A stretch of 64,000 bases of DNA from a virus (lineage: Duplodnaviria; Caudoviricetes), in the IMG/VR virus record IMGVR_UViG_3300027867_000005, positions 506-64,505 of that record. One strand, written 5' to 3'. The translations under genes and the position numbers were made by a program. The notes beneath the pieces were generated by a model, which was not told where the DNA came from, did not search any database, and worked only from the letters and a program-made list of their open reading frames with translations. Within the stretch, counting starts at the first letter, position 1, and every line of letters starts with the position of its first letter. Shown here in pieces: positions 27,081-37,062 of this stretch.

Positions 27081-28465
27081 GATGGGATGACCTCGCTTTG
27101 GCGAAAATTAGAAGTGCGGTTAATGCTCTCGGCTTCGTGCATTTGTTCGACCAGATAGGCGAACATCCGATCGGACGCGGCAGCCTTGCGCTGCAGGTTA
27201 GACAGCACGCTTTTCTCACCCTGCGTGGTGACGATATCAGATGTCACCGGCCGCTGCTGACCGAAGCGCCAAAAGCGTCGAATGCTTTGGTAGTAGCCCT
27301 CGAAGCTGTGCGTCGGGAAACTGACGGAGTGAGCACAATGCTGGAAATTAAGACCCCAAGCCCCGATCTTTTCCTTGGTGATAAGACCGCGGGCTTGTCC
27401 CTCGCAGAATGCGAGGAATTTTTCTTCCTTAGCATCGTCCCTGTCGGCTCCGCTGACCTGCACGAAGTCGGGCAACATCCGGTCGAGCAAGTCGCCTTCG
27501 TTGTTGAGATGGCACCATATTGCCGCCGGCTCGCCGGTGTCTGCGACCAATGCCGCAGCACGTTCGCACCGCTCGACAATGGTTCGGCGCCGCTCTTCGC
27601 GCTGCTCGGTCAGGCCGATTGCCGGCAACGCAAACAATGCGCCATCGGGTAACGTGCGCGCCTCGACCTCGTGAACACGTTCCGATAACGGGGGCAACAC
27701 GAAGCGATCATCTTCAAAACCTAGATCGGATGGCTTGCGGCAGGCTCGCGCCCAAGAGCACACCCAGCGCCAGAAGGGCATTTCGGCGTGGCCCTTGAAA
27801 CGCCATTTGCCCGCTTCGTCAAGATTTGCGTAATTGCGGCCCTTGTCTCTATACCGAAAAGGCTTGATCGAGTTTCCTTGGTCATTTTTGAAAAAACGGC
27901 TCAACATGTCCATATGGCCGAGATAGCCAAGAGCTTCGCTGCTGGTGCCGAGCTCGACATACTCGTTCGGCGATGGTGTAGCGGTGCATAGAAGGCGGTA
28001 TTTCAGCCGCCGCATGAACTCGGTTATCTCGGCACGCCTAACACCGTCGAAAGATTTGAGGATCGCACTTTCATCGCAGATCGCGCCCTCGAAATCCTCC
28101 GCGTCGAATAGACGCAGACGCTCGTAATTGGTAACGGTAATCGCGGTCTTGGGTCTTCCGTCCGATGACCTTGCGCACTCAACCCCAAACTTCGCACCCT
28201 CGCGAACGGTTTGAGCTGACACTGCTAATGGGCAGATGATCAGCACGCGCCCGCCTGTGTGCTCAACCACAGCATCGGCAAATGCCAATTCCATTGCGGT
28301 TTTCCCCAAGCCGCAATCGGCAAATATGGCGGCTCGTCCCTTGCGCAAAGCCCATTCCACAAGATGCGCTTGGAAATCGAAGAGCCAAGACGGGAGTTTT
28401 CCAGGTGAAAAACCGTCATCCGTACCGATCTGAGACTTGGCCGCGAGAAATTCCTCATACGTCAC
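27071..28465 (-). CDS. SNF2-like superfamily 2 helicase
   Basis: DCGLGKT, DESAILK, TATP, GLNFQ, QSIRRFWRFGQ. Confidence 0.92.
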   Translation of the reverse strand: MTYEEFLAAKSQIGTDDGFSPGKLPSWLFDFQAHLVEWALRKGRAAIFADCGLGKTAMELAFADAVVEHTGGRVLIICPLAVSAQTVREGAKFGVECARSSDGRPKTAITVTNYERLRLFDAEDFEGAICDESAILKSFDGVRRAEITEFMRRLKYRLLCTATPSPNEYVELGTSSEALGYLGHMDMLSRFFKNDQGNSIKPFRYRDKGRNYANLDEAGKWRFKGHAEMPFWRWVCSWARACRKPSDLGFEDDRFVLPPLSERVHEVEARTLPDGALFALPAIGLTEQREERRRTIVERCERAAALVADTGEPAAIWCHLNNEGDLLDRMLPDFVQVSGADRDDAKEEKFLAFCEGQARGLITKEKIGAWGLNFQHCAHSVSFPTHSFEGYYQSIRRFWRFGQQRPVTSDIVTTQGEKSVLSNLQRKAAASDRMFAYLVEQMHEAESINRTSNFRQSEVIPSWL

Positions 28466-29406
28466 GCCATCACCTCGCGCCCAAGGAGCATCGAACCGAA
28501 GTCGTCGTAGCTCTCGTCCGGGAGCACGACATCACATTGCCGCTGCTGGCTGTGCTCGCGCCAGGCGGCATCAGCCATGCGCTCGCCGACTTCACCGCGA
28601 TCGCCGAAGATGTACAACTGGTCGACGCAATCGGGCACCCAAACGGAGCCGAGCCGCGCAGCCCCGCATACTGCCCATACGGGGAACCGGAACAGCATAG
28701 CAGCAGCTATGGCAGTCTCGACACCCTCTGCAAGTCCCAGCGCCGGGCCTGCGGCCGCCAGTCGTACGGCACCGTCGCCCATGCTGCCCAGCACCTTCTT
28801 GCGGGCCTGCAGCGGCGCGCGGCTGTCCCTGGCTGTGGCAAGCTCCACCCGCGGCAGGCACCATATCCGCTGACAGGCGATGACATGACCATCGCTGTTT
28901 TTGATCGGGGCAACGAGTGCCGGCAGCCGTTCGTTAGTCTCGGCGACATAGAGCCCGGGATGAGCCCGGAGCGCCGGCTGATCGGTCGACAGCCCGCGAG
29001 ACCAAAGGTACAGCCAGGCAGCCGTAGTGCTCGCCACCTGCTCGCTCTCATGGATGATCCGATGCACGCGCTCGATGTCGGTCGACTGGCTTGATCGACA
29101 CTTTGTCGATCGAGATACCGCCGCTGCCTGCGGCGCCGTTTCCGGAAGCTCGAGCAATTCCCGAATTGCTTCGTGGAATTTCAGCCCGCGCTGTTTCATC
29201 ACATATTCGATCGCATCACCGCTTCCGCAGCCGGCGAAACATTTCCAGCGATCTCCGGTGATGCCGAATGACGGGCTGCTGTCATCGTGGAAAGGGCATT
29301 GGCCGACATACCAAGTGCCGGAGCGTTTCAATGCCACATCTCGCCCGATGAGCTGGACGAGGCCAATCCGGTTGCGTGCCGCCGCTATTTCGGTGTCGCT
29401 GAACAT
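28462..29406 (-). CDS. Primase: CHC2 zinc finger plus Toprim
   Basis: CPFHDDSSPSF...CFAGC; AEGVETA; FGDRG; DDF. Confidence 0.9.
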   Translation of the reverse strand: MFSDTEIAAARNRIGLVQLIGRDVALKRSGTWYVGQCPFHDDSSPSFGITGDRWKCFAGCGSGDAIEYVMKQRGLKFHEAIRELLELPETAPQAAAVSRSTKCRSSQSTDIERVHRIIHESEQVASTTAAWLYLWSRGLSTDQPALRAHPGLYVAETNERLPALVAPIKNSDGHVIACQRIWCLPRVELATARDSRAPLQARKKVLGSMGDGAVRLAAAGPALGLAEGVETAIAAAMLFRFPVWAVCGAARLGSVWVPDCVDQLYIFGDRGEVGERMADAAWREHSQQRQCDVVLPDESYDDFGSMLLGREVMA

Positions 29407-29409
29407 TTT

Positions 29410-29688
29410 TTAGGTTCGGCTTCTATTCGGATGCCGAGCGGTGGGCTTGCCAATGATTGCACAAACGCTTTCACGGATACGCCATTTGCTGTTGTTTCGA
29501 TTGAGAAACGGCGCTCCAGGCTGACCGTGAAAGCTGATCTTCAATTGCGACGCTAGGTTCCGGACGGTGTTCGGTGATCGCCCCATGACTAGAGCCGCTT
29601 CCGTAGTAGAAAACCCTCTCTCAGCATACCATCGTAAATGGAGAATGTCCGCTGGAGACCATGTCGTCGGGCGTCCCTTAACGGCCAT
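29410..29688 (-). CDS. GcrA/Myb-like HTH protein
   Basis: WSPADILHLR...GFSTTEAALVMGRSPNTVRN. Confidence 0.6.
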   Translation of the reverse strand: MAVKGRPTTWSPADILHLRWYAERGFSTTEAALVMGRSPNTVRNLASQLKISFHGQPGAPFLNRNNSKWRIRESVCAIIGKPTARHPNRSRT

Positions 29689-29856
29689 CTCACACCTTAT
29701 CGCGCAGATGTTTCGGAATCGGAAGATCGCCGATCTTATAGAGGCGCTCGCCTGTTTTCGGATCAATCGAAACCGTCACACGCGGCAAGCGAGAATTGCG
29801 CGGCACCCATGTTTTTTTGATGGTATCGCTAACGCCATGAGCTTCGTCATCCGAGT

Positions 29857-30192
29857 TCATCTCGCGCGCCCCAGACGTTGCCGATACCGTTTCAACGATT
29901 GCAGCGATACGAGCCGCGAGACTTGGCCCAGCGGCTGCCATGCAGCAAATGAGAGAGGCTCGTTGCGGGGATTTTCCAGCGCGCGGATTGCGGCATCGAC
30001 GCGGGCTATTTCGGCGGCGATCTGCGTCGATCGCCATTTAGAAACAGGCGACTTGAAATTGTCACCGGCGGGAATTATAAATTGCTCAGCCATTTGAGCG
30101 ACGCCTCCAACGTCGTTGGCTTGAACCGCTCGAGAAAGTTGCGCTTCTCGGGCGGTTCGCTTTTTCGTCTGGCTACGATAGGCGCGTTTCAC
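29857..30192 (-). CDS. Hypothetical protein
   Basis: ORF co-oriented with the operon; start uncertain. Confidence 0.4.
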   Translation of the reverse strand: MKRAYRSQTKKRTAREAQLSRAVQANDVGGVAQMAEQFIIPAGDNFKSPVSKWRSTQIAAEIARVDAAIRALENPRNEPLSFAAWQPLGQVSRLVSLQSLKRYRQRLGRAR

Positions 30193-30317
30193 CGTCTATC
30201 GCAAGAGAGAACGAAGCGAGATTGATCATGTCACCCACCAGAAGCCGGCCGCGGCGATCAGCATGGCGACGATCCATATCCAGCCTATCGGTGGCGCTCG
30301 GTCATCGGGGAGCATGA

Positions 30318-30521
30318 TCATCTGGGCGGGAACAGGATAATAACGAGCCAAAATACCAGGGTAATAACACCGATAAACCACGTCCACGAGAGGATCATCA
30401 GTCCGTGACTAGCGGCATACTCGGCACCCTTCAATGCGATTAGAGTACCAACCGCTGCACAGACAAAACATAAGATCGGACTAATGTCAGGCATAGTCCC
30501 CTCTGGTTTGAACAGCCTCAT
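30318..30521 (-). CDS. Small two-TM membrane protein
   Basis: Hydrophobic and lower in GC than neighbours. Confidence 0.5.
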   Translation of the reverse strand: MRLFKPEGTMPDISPILCFVCAAVGTLIALKGAEYAASHGLMILSWTWFIGVITLVFWLVIILFPPR

Positions 30522-30530
30522 ATGGCGGGG

Positions 30531-31220
30531 TCATGGGATCGAGCAGACCGCGTCAAGCAGTTCGCGCACCACGTGCTCCCAGGCGGCAGCACGATCGGCG
30601 AGGGCGAGGGCGAGGTCGAGGGCGAGGTCGAGGGCGAGGGCGAGGTCGAGGGCGAGGTCGAGGTCGAGGTCGAGGGCGAGGTCGAGGGCGAGGGCGAGGT
30701 CGAGGGCGAGGGCGCGGGCGAGGGCGCGGTCGCTCTGCTCTATCGCGTTTTTGGCGGCGGCCGGATCGCCGATCGGCGCCAAGGCGCGCAACCGCGCAGC
30801 CTCTTCCGGCAGCTGCAGCAGGTCGAGCAGCGCCGGCGCCATTTTACGGTAGGCGTGATCAAGCAGCGCGTAAACCCGGCGATCGTCCTGCGCCGGGTCA
30901 AGACCGCCGAGCGCGGGCGGCAGGAATCTCGGCAGATAGGGCCGCAATACCGCCGTGCGGTGGTCGTCGTCGCGCCACGGCCCGTCATTGAGCGCCGGGA
31001 GCAAATCGGTGAGCCGGGTCACTCCCGGCGGCGTCGCATCGGCATGAACGCCGGTCACCACCTCGTGCAGCAATTCGCGCGCGCAATGCTCGCAGTCGGG
31101 ACCGCCAGTCCTGCCCTGATGCGCACCGCGGAACAGCGTTAGCCTCTTCAGGAGCGCGAGCCGCTCGGCCGGAATGATCGATGATGCAGGCTCGGGCAAT
31201 AATTCCCTAATTTTACTCAT
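30531..31220 (-). CDS. Phage protein with an LALDLA low-complexity tract
   Basis: GAH...CARELL...LNDG motif followed by alternating L-A/L-D repeats. Confidence 0.65.
   Translation of the reverse strand: MSKIRELLPEPASSIIPAERLALLKRLTLFRGAHQGRTGGPDCEHCARELLHEVVTGVHADATPPGVTRLTDLLPALNDGPWRDDDHRTAVLRPYLPRFLPPALGGLDPAQDDRRVYALLDHAYRKMAPALLDLLQLPEEAARLRALAPIGDPAAAKNAIEQSDRALARALALDLALALDLALDLDLDLALDLALALDLALDLALALADRAAAWEHVVRELLDAVCSIP
30598..30728. repeat. Hexamer tandem array of GAGGGC/GAGGTC
   Basis: About 20 consecutive 6-mers are visible. Confidence 0.9.
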
Positions 31221-31501
31221 TGGAAAAGCCTCGCGTAAACAGAAGTCCATACCCTCGCCGCGGACTTCGCCACCTCAACATCCCGCTCGCACTGGCGATA
31301 AAAGCCGAGGTTCGAGCGGCCGGATAACATGTTGTCCCATTCGGCTTCGAGCCACAGGGATAGCATGTGCGGGTTCATTGCGCCGGCAATATAGGGATGC
31401 GACTGCCACCGTCCGCAGAAGTCTTCATAGCGCCACCCACCATGCTTGCTGAGCAGTTGGCGATACTCGTAGGTGTCGCCGGTCAGGATCATTATTGCCA
31501 T
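31217..31501 (-). CDS. Early hypothetical protein
   Basis: GDTYEYRQLLSKHGGWR motif; GGAG RBS; follows the start-associated repeat. Confidence 0.6.
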   Translation of the reverse strand: MAIMILTGDTYEYRQLLSKHGGWRYEDFCGRWQSHPYIAGAMNPHMLSLWLEAEWDNMLSGRSNLGFYRQCERDVEVAKSAARVWTSVYARLFQ

Positions 31502-31524
31502 CTTCTGTCTCCACCCCTGATTGG

Positions 31525-31539
31525 CCCCGAGGCGCGGGC
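31525..31539 (-). repeat. Start-associated repeat, copy 2
   Basis: Identical 15-mer. Confidence 0.8.
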
Positions 31540-31551
31540 TACGGACATAGA

Positions 31552-32153
31552 TCAGGTTTCCTCCAACGGTGTCCGGCAATGCTCGGGCAATCCCCGGCAA
31601 CCGCATCGGTAGCCGAGAATACAGCTACCATCATCGGCGTGGTAGCCCTCGTGATGCCCGCAAGGACACATCTTTGGGCCTTTCGCGTAGCACCACGACG
31701 GCACATAAGGGCCGTCGTCCGGCGGACCTTCGTAGCTATCGCTCACCGGACCAGGCATGACTCAATCATTCCTGGCGTGCGGATATTCGCATTGGCGCGG
31801 ATTGCCGATGACGCACGACTTTTTGCCATCAAGGCATTTCCAGCAAGAGTGATCGCGGAACATACCGTTTGCTGCCGCTCGCTTGGTTGCGAAGCGTGCA
31901 TTGCGCTCATCTTCACTCTCGGCGAATTGATCGTCCCAAGATGGTCGATTGCTCATTCAAATTCTCCCGTTCCTTCGCAAGCTGGACACGTCGTTGTGCT
32001 GACACAGAAATACCAACTTGGCGTCGTCAGCGGGTTTACCGTGCCGCGACCCTTGCAGGTCGGACAGGGAATGGATTCGAACTCAGGGTCGGGCTCCATT
32101 CCGTCATCGTCAATCTCTTCCTCTGGCTCATAGCATTCCCACAAGTCGCTCAT
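31552..32153 (-). other. Three small Cys-rich early ORFs (31552-31758, 31762-31956, 31953-32153)
   Basis: Abutting or coupled ORFs with CPCGH, CWKC and CPTCKGRG/CPACEGTG motifs. Confidence 0.6.
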
Positions 32154-32342
32154 GGCGCTTTCCTCAAAATTCGATATCGCGCAGACGCGCTAACGCGCGC
32201 CCTTGCTCAAATGAAATACGAAGTGCACCCGCGATACGTTCTTTAATTCGGTCTGGATGCGGGACCATGCCATAGCATTCAATATGGTCCTCGACTATCT
32301 TCCGCGCGATTAACATCGCATCGTCGTCTTCGTCGTTGATCA

Positions 32343-34136
32343 TTACAACGCCTCTCTGGCTTTGATCTGCGTTTCCGCCTTTTTAGTGGTGATCGCTTGC
32401 CGCTGTAGCCGCTCATAGTCGGGCAGCTTCTTGAACGACCGGACAATCTCGCGACGCATCCCTGGGGATAGCTGAAACCACTGCGCCTCAGTGCCGCCGA
32501 AACAACCCTCTGGCAATTCCTCAAAAGACGGCGTGGGAAAGGACGACTGATACGTCCAGTATTTTTCGCCGCTCATGCGTCGATCTCCCGCTTGATGTGC
32601 GTCGTGCGCCACGGGATTTCGTTCCGGTCATACTCAGTCGTTGTTTCGTCTTCCGACCAATTGACCGCCTGGCTATCCCAGCCATACGGCATACCGATGC
32701 GCGACAACTGGCCGATGGACTGCACGAGCGAGCGATAGCCCATACAGAGCGATCTTGATTTGGATCATGCCGTTGCTCCTTTGCGCTCTCGATGCCGAGC
32801 TTCGACCAGCACGCGTTGGCCAAACTCATGTATCTGTCGCGTCACGACCCCCGGACCACCCTCGTTCGGTTCACACACCTGCTCTAGCGCGGCCAAGACC
32901 TCGATTTGGCCGAGCGCTTGGTATAGCGCGAGCATCATTTCCTCCCATAGGCGTCGCGGGACGCGTATTTGATCGTGCGGCATCATCTTACTCCCCGAGA
33001 AGCCGGTTGATCTCGGCGAGCCGTGCCAGCAACTGCTCCCGCTCAGTCAACAGCCTTACGCGATTGGCGTCTTCTGCCTCTACGGCGTCGGCCTTGATAC
33101 CAATGAGCCGGTCGCGCGCATTAAAGAATGCGGGGATGCCGGCGCTCTTGATCTCGCCAACGATCTGTTGCATCCAGGGCCGGGAGCCGAACTGATCCCA
33201 GACCAGCCAGTCTCCGCTGCGCTTCGGAGTGCCCATGTCGCGCTGGAAGATTTCGTTTACTTGCTGCATCGTCGCCATTTCCCTTACTCCGCCCCTGAAA
33301 AACCCCGAGGCGCGGGCTGCGGGAGCTTAATGTAGCGTGATGGCCGGATGGGGCAGAAAACCGGCGGCGATCAGAGGGGATGTCCAGCCCTTCCCCGGCA
33401 TCCACTCAGCTACCACCCGGTATTCGTCGGCGGTTTCCTCGATCAGTTGCACGAACGGCTCGTTGGTGTAGCCAGGCTGATAGCATTCTTCGATTTGGCG
33501 AGCTTTTTTCGCCATATCCGTTGTCCATCCCCGCACGGGACGGGAGTAATCGAATGATTGCCGGGGGAACTTCGCCCAATACCGAGGGTAGCTCATTTGG
33601 TATCTCCCGCTAAATCGATGATTGACCATGTGTCAGCCCTCCCACTGCTTAATAAGCAGGGCCAAGCGATCCCGTTCGGTGCGCGCCCAGATAAGCGCAA
33701 AGTAAGCGTATGTATAGCCTTTGGCGTAAGCCTTGGCTGATTCCGCCATCAAAATCAGAGCACCCAAAGCGTCATGTGCGCGATTTATGTCTTCAATGGT
33801 GATAGTGTGGTTTTTGTAATCCTTTTGCATAAGATTGAGCCTTTCTTCCAGGGTTAACAGTTCATCGATCTAACCGAGGGTCATTTGTTAAAGGTTGAGC
33901 GAGCGAACGAAGCGCAGCGCGCCATTCTGGCGCGGGCCGAACGCGACATAATTGCCGTATTCGTCGATCCTCAAGCCAGCCGGCGCACGATCAAGGATGA
34001 TCGCCGCATCCTCAGCGGTAAGCGGCGCGGCGCCGCAATTTGCCTGCCGGCGGCAACCGACCGCCAATGCGATCAGATTGTCGATGCAATTGGGATTGTC
34101 TTGCGTCTGTGCGAGCCGCAGCGTTTGCATGTCCAT
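32343..34136 (-). other. Cassette of small early ORFs (32343-32576, 32765-32986, 32988-33278, 33327-33596, 33633-33830, 33888-34136)
   Basis: Co-oriented short ORFs, most with SD-like motifs. Confidence 0.55.
33303..33317 (-). repeat. Start-associated repeat, copy 3
   Basis: Identical 15-mer. Confidence 0.8.
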
Positions 34137-34161
34137 CGCGCTACCTCCGTTTGACCAACGC

Positions 34162-34190
34162 ACAATGCGCCCTTTCCCGATGTCGTGCAA
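34162..34190 (-). promoter_or_regulatory. Putative early sigma70 promoter
   Basis: TTGCAC-N17-CATTGT with an AT-rich upstream tract, followed by GGAGGT RBS and ATG. Confidence 0.5.
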
Positions 34191-34396
34191 GCTGAATTAT
34201 CGTAAAAAATGACATCGGCTGAATTTCCCCGTTAAGACATTGCAATCGCATGCCGTTTTGATTGTTTTGATTTCATCCCCTAAAACAGCCCCGGAAATCA
34301 CCGTTTTCGCCCCTAATTTGATTTCCCAAATCCCAAAACCGCCAGTTTCCGCTTTACTTGCAGAGACTTGGAGGAAATCAAAAAATTTGGCTCATT

Positions 34397-34831
34397 TCAG
34401 CGGAAAAACTCATCGTCAGTCACGGCGCGCGAACCTGATCGAGCTCGAGCCGGCCGTTGCTTCCAGTTGAGCCGGCGCATAACATCTTCGGCCACGGCGC
34501 GATGGTACAGCCTGCCATCCGAGCACAGAACCCAGCCCTTCATGATGCCTGCGCGCGCTTGCTGGAACGATCGCATCGTCCCGTATCGGGCCAGCCTCAC
34601 CAATGCTCTATCATCGTTTGGCAGGCTCCCCGCAGGTCTCTGGTGCCAGCTCGCGATCATGAGCCGCAGAGCCATGTATCCCGCGTAAGCAGTCTCATAT
34701 TCGTAAGCCGGATCAGTAAAGTAGACGGCTGGATCAATCGCCATCCCAATCGAATGGCGCAGATTGGCATCTGCCGGAACAAATGGCTCTGGCAGCAATT
34801 GCGTAAATGCATCGTCGATGCTATTTTCCAT
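34397..34831 (-). CDS. DUF1376/YdaU-family protein
   Basis: SWHQRPAGSLPNDDRALVRLA...GWVLCSDGRLYH; AGGAGG RBS. Confidence 0.8.
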   Translation of the reverse strand: MENSIDDAFTQLLPEPFVPADANLRHSIGMAIDPAVYFTDPAYEYETAYAGYMALRLMIASWHQRPAGSLPNDDRALVRLARYGTMRSFQQARAGIMKGWVLCSDGRLYHRAVAEDVMRRLNWKQRPARARSGSRAVTDDEFFR

Positions 34832-34897
34832 GGGTGTTGCCCCTCCTATCGGGCAGCATCCCGAGGTCAATTCCGCCCCACGCGGAATGCCTCCTTG

Positions 34898-34934
34898 ACG
34901 GCCGGCAAGCCCAAATCTTGCTGGCCGTTTTTTT
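34898..34934 (+). terminator. Intrinsic terminator
   Basis: CGGCCGGCAAG-CCCAAAT-CTTGCTGGCCG followed by T7. Confidence 0.7.
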
Positions 34935-35254
34935 ATGCCGCAGCGATGCCGCGAGTGTCAAGCGCTTGCTTTTTTGCAAGCGAAAAACACGTGCGGGGCC
35001 GAAAAAATCGCCCCGCAATGGGTATAAGCTATTGAAAATAAACAACACACGCAGCGCAGATAGTTAACAGATAGTTAGCGTTAAGGGTAAGGAAAGGGTA
35101 ATCAGAGACTCCTACGGAAAAGTCACAGTCTCCAACCCCGACAAAATCGTCATGGCGTTGCGTGCAAATTCGACCCCATCCCATCAAGGCAATTCTCCGA
35201 CCCGGCCGAAACTCCTGCGTTGACAAACCCGCTCCGTCCGTGACAACAATTGCT

Positions 35255-35867
35255 ATGCCCGATCGCAAGCCGCCGAAGCCCATGCCCCAGATCACCGAGC
35301 ACATGCTCAAGGCCGGCGAAGACGTACTGATCGGATATATCGGTGCCGCCGACGCGCTGCCATCATGGGTTTCGTATCGTCGAGTAATCGCAGAGATTTT
35401 CTCGGCGATGCAAATAGCTCAGTACGAAATGCTCCGGGAAATGAAATCATCTCCGCAAACAACCAGCGAAAATGGCTGAGTTCGCGGCATGGCTGGCCGC
35501 TAATGGCACGAATCACGGTCATCTACGAGAAAGACCAACGCCCGCCGTTGCAAGTTCACGCGCCAGCCGACATGGTGCGGATCGCATCAATTGACATCGG
35601 ACAAAACTCTGTCGCTGATCTTAATGTTTATGCCGTGGCGCAAAAACTCGCCGAGTTATTGCTCGAACAATTGGCGGTGTGCGAAAAATGATGGCCGATT
35701 TCGTCGCGAACGCCGATCACACAGCGCGGATCAAGGAAATCCGTGCGGCGGAAACGCCAAAGTGCGAGTATAGCGGGATGACGCTGTACGCTTGTCTGCG
35801 GTCGCCGGCCAGGTGTAGGGAAGGCTGCGAACGGCGCGGAGATTGGATCGGACCAGATGTCAAGTGA
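35255..35867 (+). other. Three small rightward ORFs (35255-35479, 35503-35691, 35688-35867)
   Basis: Short co-oriented ORFs at the start of the rightward arm. Confidence 0.5.
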
Positions 35868-36222
35868 CCGGAACATGTGGCCTCTGGAGCGCACGGACAT
35901 GCTGATTGCGATGTGGAGAAACACGGACCTTGCGACAGATGCGATGGCCGCGCAGCTCGGGCTGACGAAGAACATGGTGATCGGCAAGCTTCATCGGCTG
36001 GGCTTGAGCGCTGCCGAACGGCCGTACAAGTCGAAGAGGCGGCGATCAAGGGCGCGGACGAGCGCGCCGGCGCCGAGCCGGCGATGGAAGAAGCTCGAGC
36101 CGCTCGAGCCGCTCGAGCCGCTCGAGCCGCTCGAGCCGCGGTCGACAAAGCCGGTGGCGCAGGCATTGCCTTGGGAGCCGATCGCCGCCCCGTCGCGCGC
36201 CAGGCTCATGGCAGGACGGTAG
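35857..36222 (+). CDS. GcrA-like regulator
   Basis: WPLERTDMLIAMW...MAAQLGLTKNMVIGKLHRLGL matches the GcrA N-terminal signature. Confidence 0.8.
   Translation: MSSDRNMWPLERTDMLIAMWRNTDLATDAMAAQLGLTKNMVIGKLHRLGLSAAERPYKSKRRRSRARTSAPAPSRRWKKLEPLEPLEPLEPLEPRSTKPVAQALPWEPIAAPSRARLMAGR
36093..36137 (+). repeat. 9-bp tandem repeat GCTCGAGCC x5 (encodes LEP x5)
   Basis: Seen directly. Confidence 0.95.
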
Positions 36223-36530
36223 GATGGATCACTTAACCGATGCGCAGCGTCTGGCGATCGTGCAGTTGCTGATCGACATCAAGCACCTGATCATCGATAC
36301 CCACGGCACTGAGAGCGAGCGGAACGCTGCAGCCCGCGTGGTCACGCGGATAGAGACGCTGGTCGCTCGGATGGAGGAAGAGGCATGAGCCGTTTCCAAG
36401 ACCCTAATCGCGGACGCCCTGACGGGCTGGGACACCACACCGCCGTGAGTTACCAAGCCCGCATCAAGGGCGGGGCTCGAGCTACCCTGCGGCGCTTGGC
36501 CAGATTGTGCCGGCACCAGCGTCGTCGTCC

Positions 36531-37058
36531 ATGACATCCTGGGTCGTTGTCATCACCAAGCCTGCAGCCGAGGAGATCGCCGAGCGCGATCTGCGGCGCG
36601 CCGGCTACCGCGTGTATCTGCCGCGGTATCGCAAGCTGCTGAGCCCGCATGGCCGCGATCGGCGACCGGTAACTTCGATGCGGCCGCTGTTCACGGGCTA
36701 CTTGTTTGCCGAGGACTGGCGCGGATGGCCGCGCGAGACTGTGCACGGCGTCGAGGGTTTGCTGCACCGCAGCGGCTCGAGCCGGCATGCGCTCTTCAGC
36801 GGCGCCGATATCCAAGCCATTCGCGACCGCGAAAGCTCATTCGACGAAATGCGTTACGCTGCGGGCCAAGGCCGGGCGATGATCCGCGAGGATGTTTCCG
36901 TTGGCGATGTCATGACCGTAGACATTGGGAGCATTCCGATGCAAGCTGTGCTCCGCGAGCTTAGCGCCGATGGGCGCGCCCTAGTCGAAGTGATGATTTT
37001 CGGCCGCGTGACGCCGATGCGTGTTGAGCAAGAGGCGCTACTGGCCGCAGGAGGGTGA
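36531..37058 (+). CDS. NusG/RfaH-like transcription antitermination factor
   Basis: WVVVITKP...VYLP...PLFTGYLF NGN domain; KOW end VEVMIFGRVTPM. Confidence 0.85.
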   Translation: MTSWVVVITKPAAEEIAERDLRRAGYRVYLPRYRKLLSPHGRDRRPVTSMRPLFTGYLFAEDWRGWPRETVHGVEGLLHRSGSSRHALFSGADIQAIRDRESSFDEMRYAAGQGRAMIREDVSVGDVMTVDIGSIPMQAVLRELSADGRALVEVMIFGRVTPMRVEQEALLAAGG

Positions 37059-37062
37059 CGCG

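Noticed and set aside
30598-30728. Possible CRISPR array
   Set aside because: Units are 6 bp with no spacers; no repeat-spacer array or cas gene was seen in the window.
30522-31142. Plus-strand ORFs with EGEV or RG repeats
   Set aside because: They are shadow frames of the hexamer array; the minus-strand ORF fits the operon and has a plausible N-terminal domain.
35220-35250. TTGACA rightward promoter
   Set aside because: No convincing -10 element at 16-18 bp spacing.
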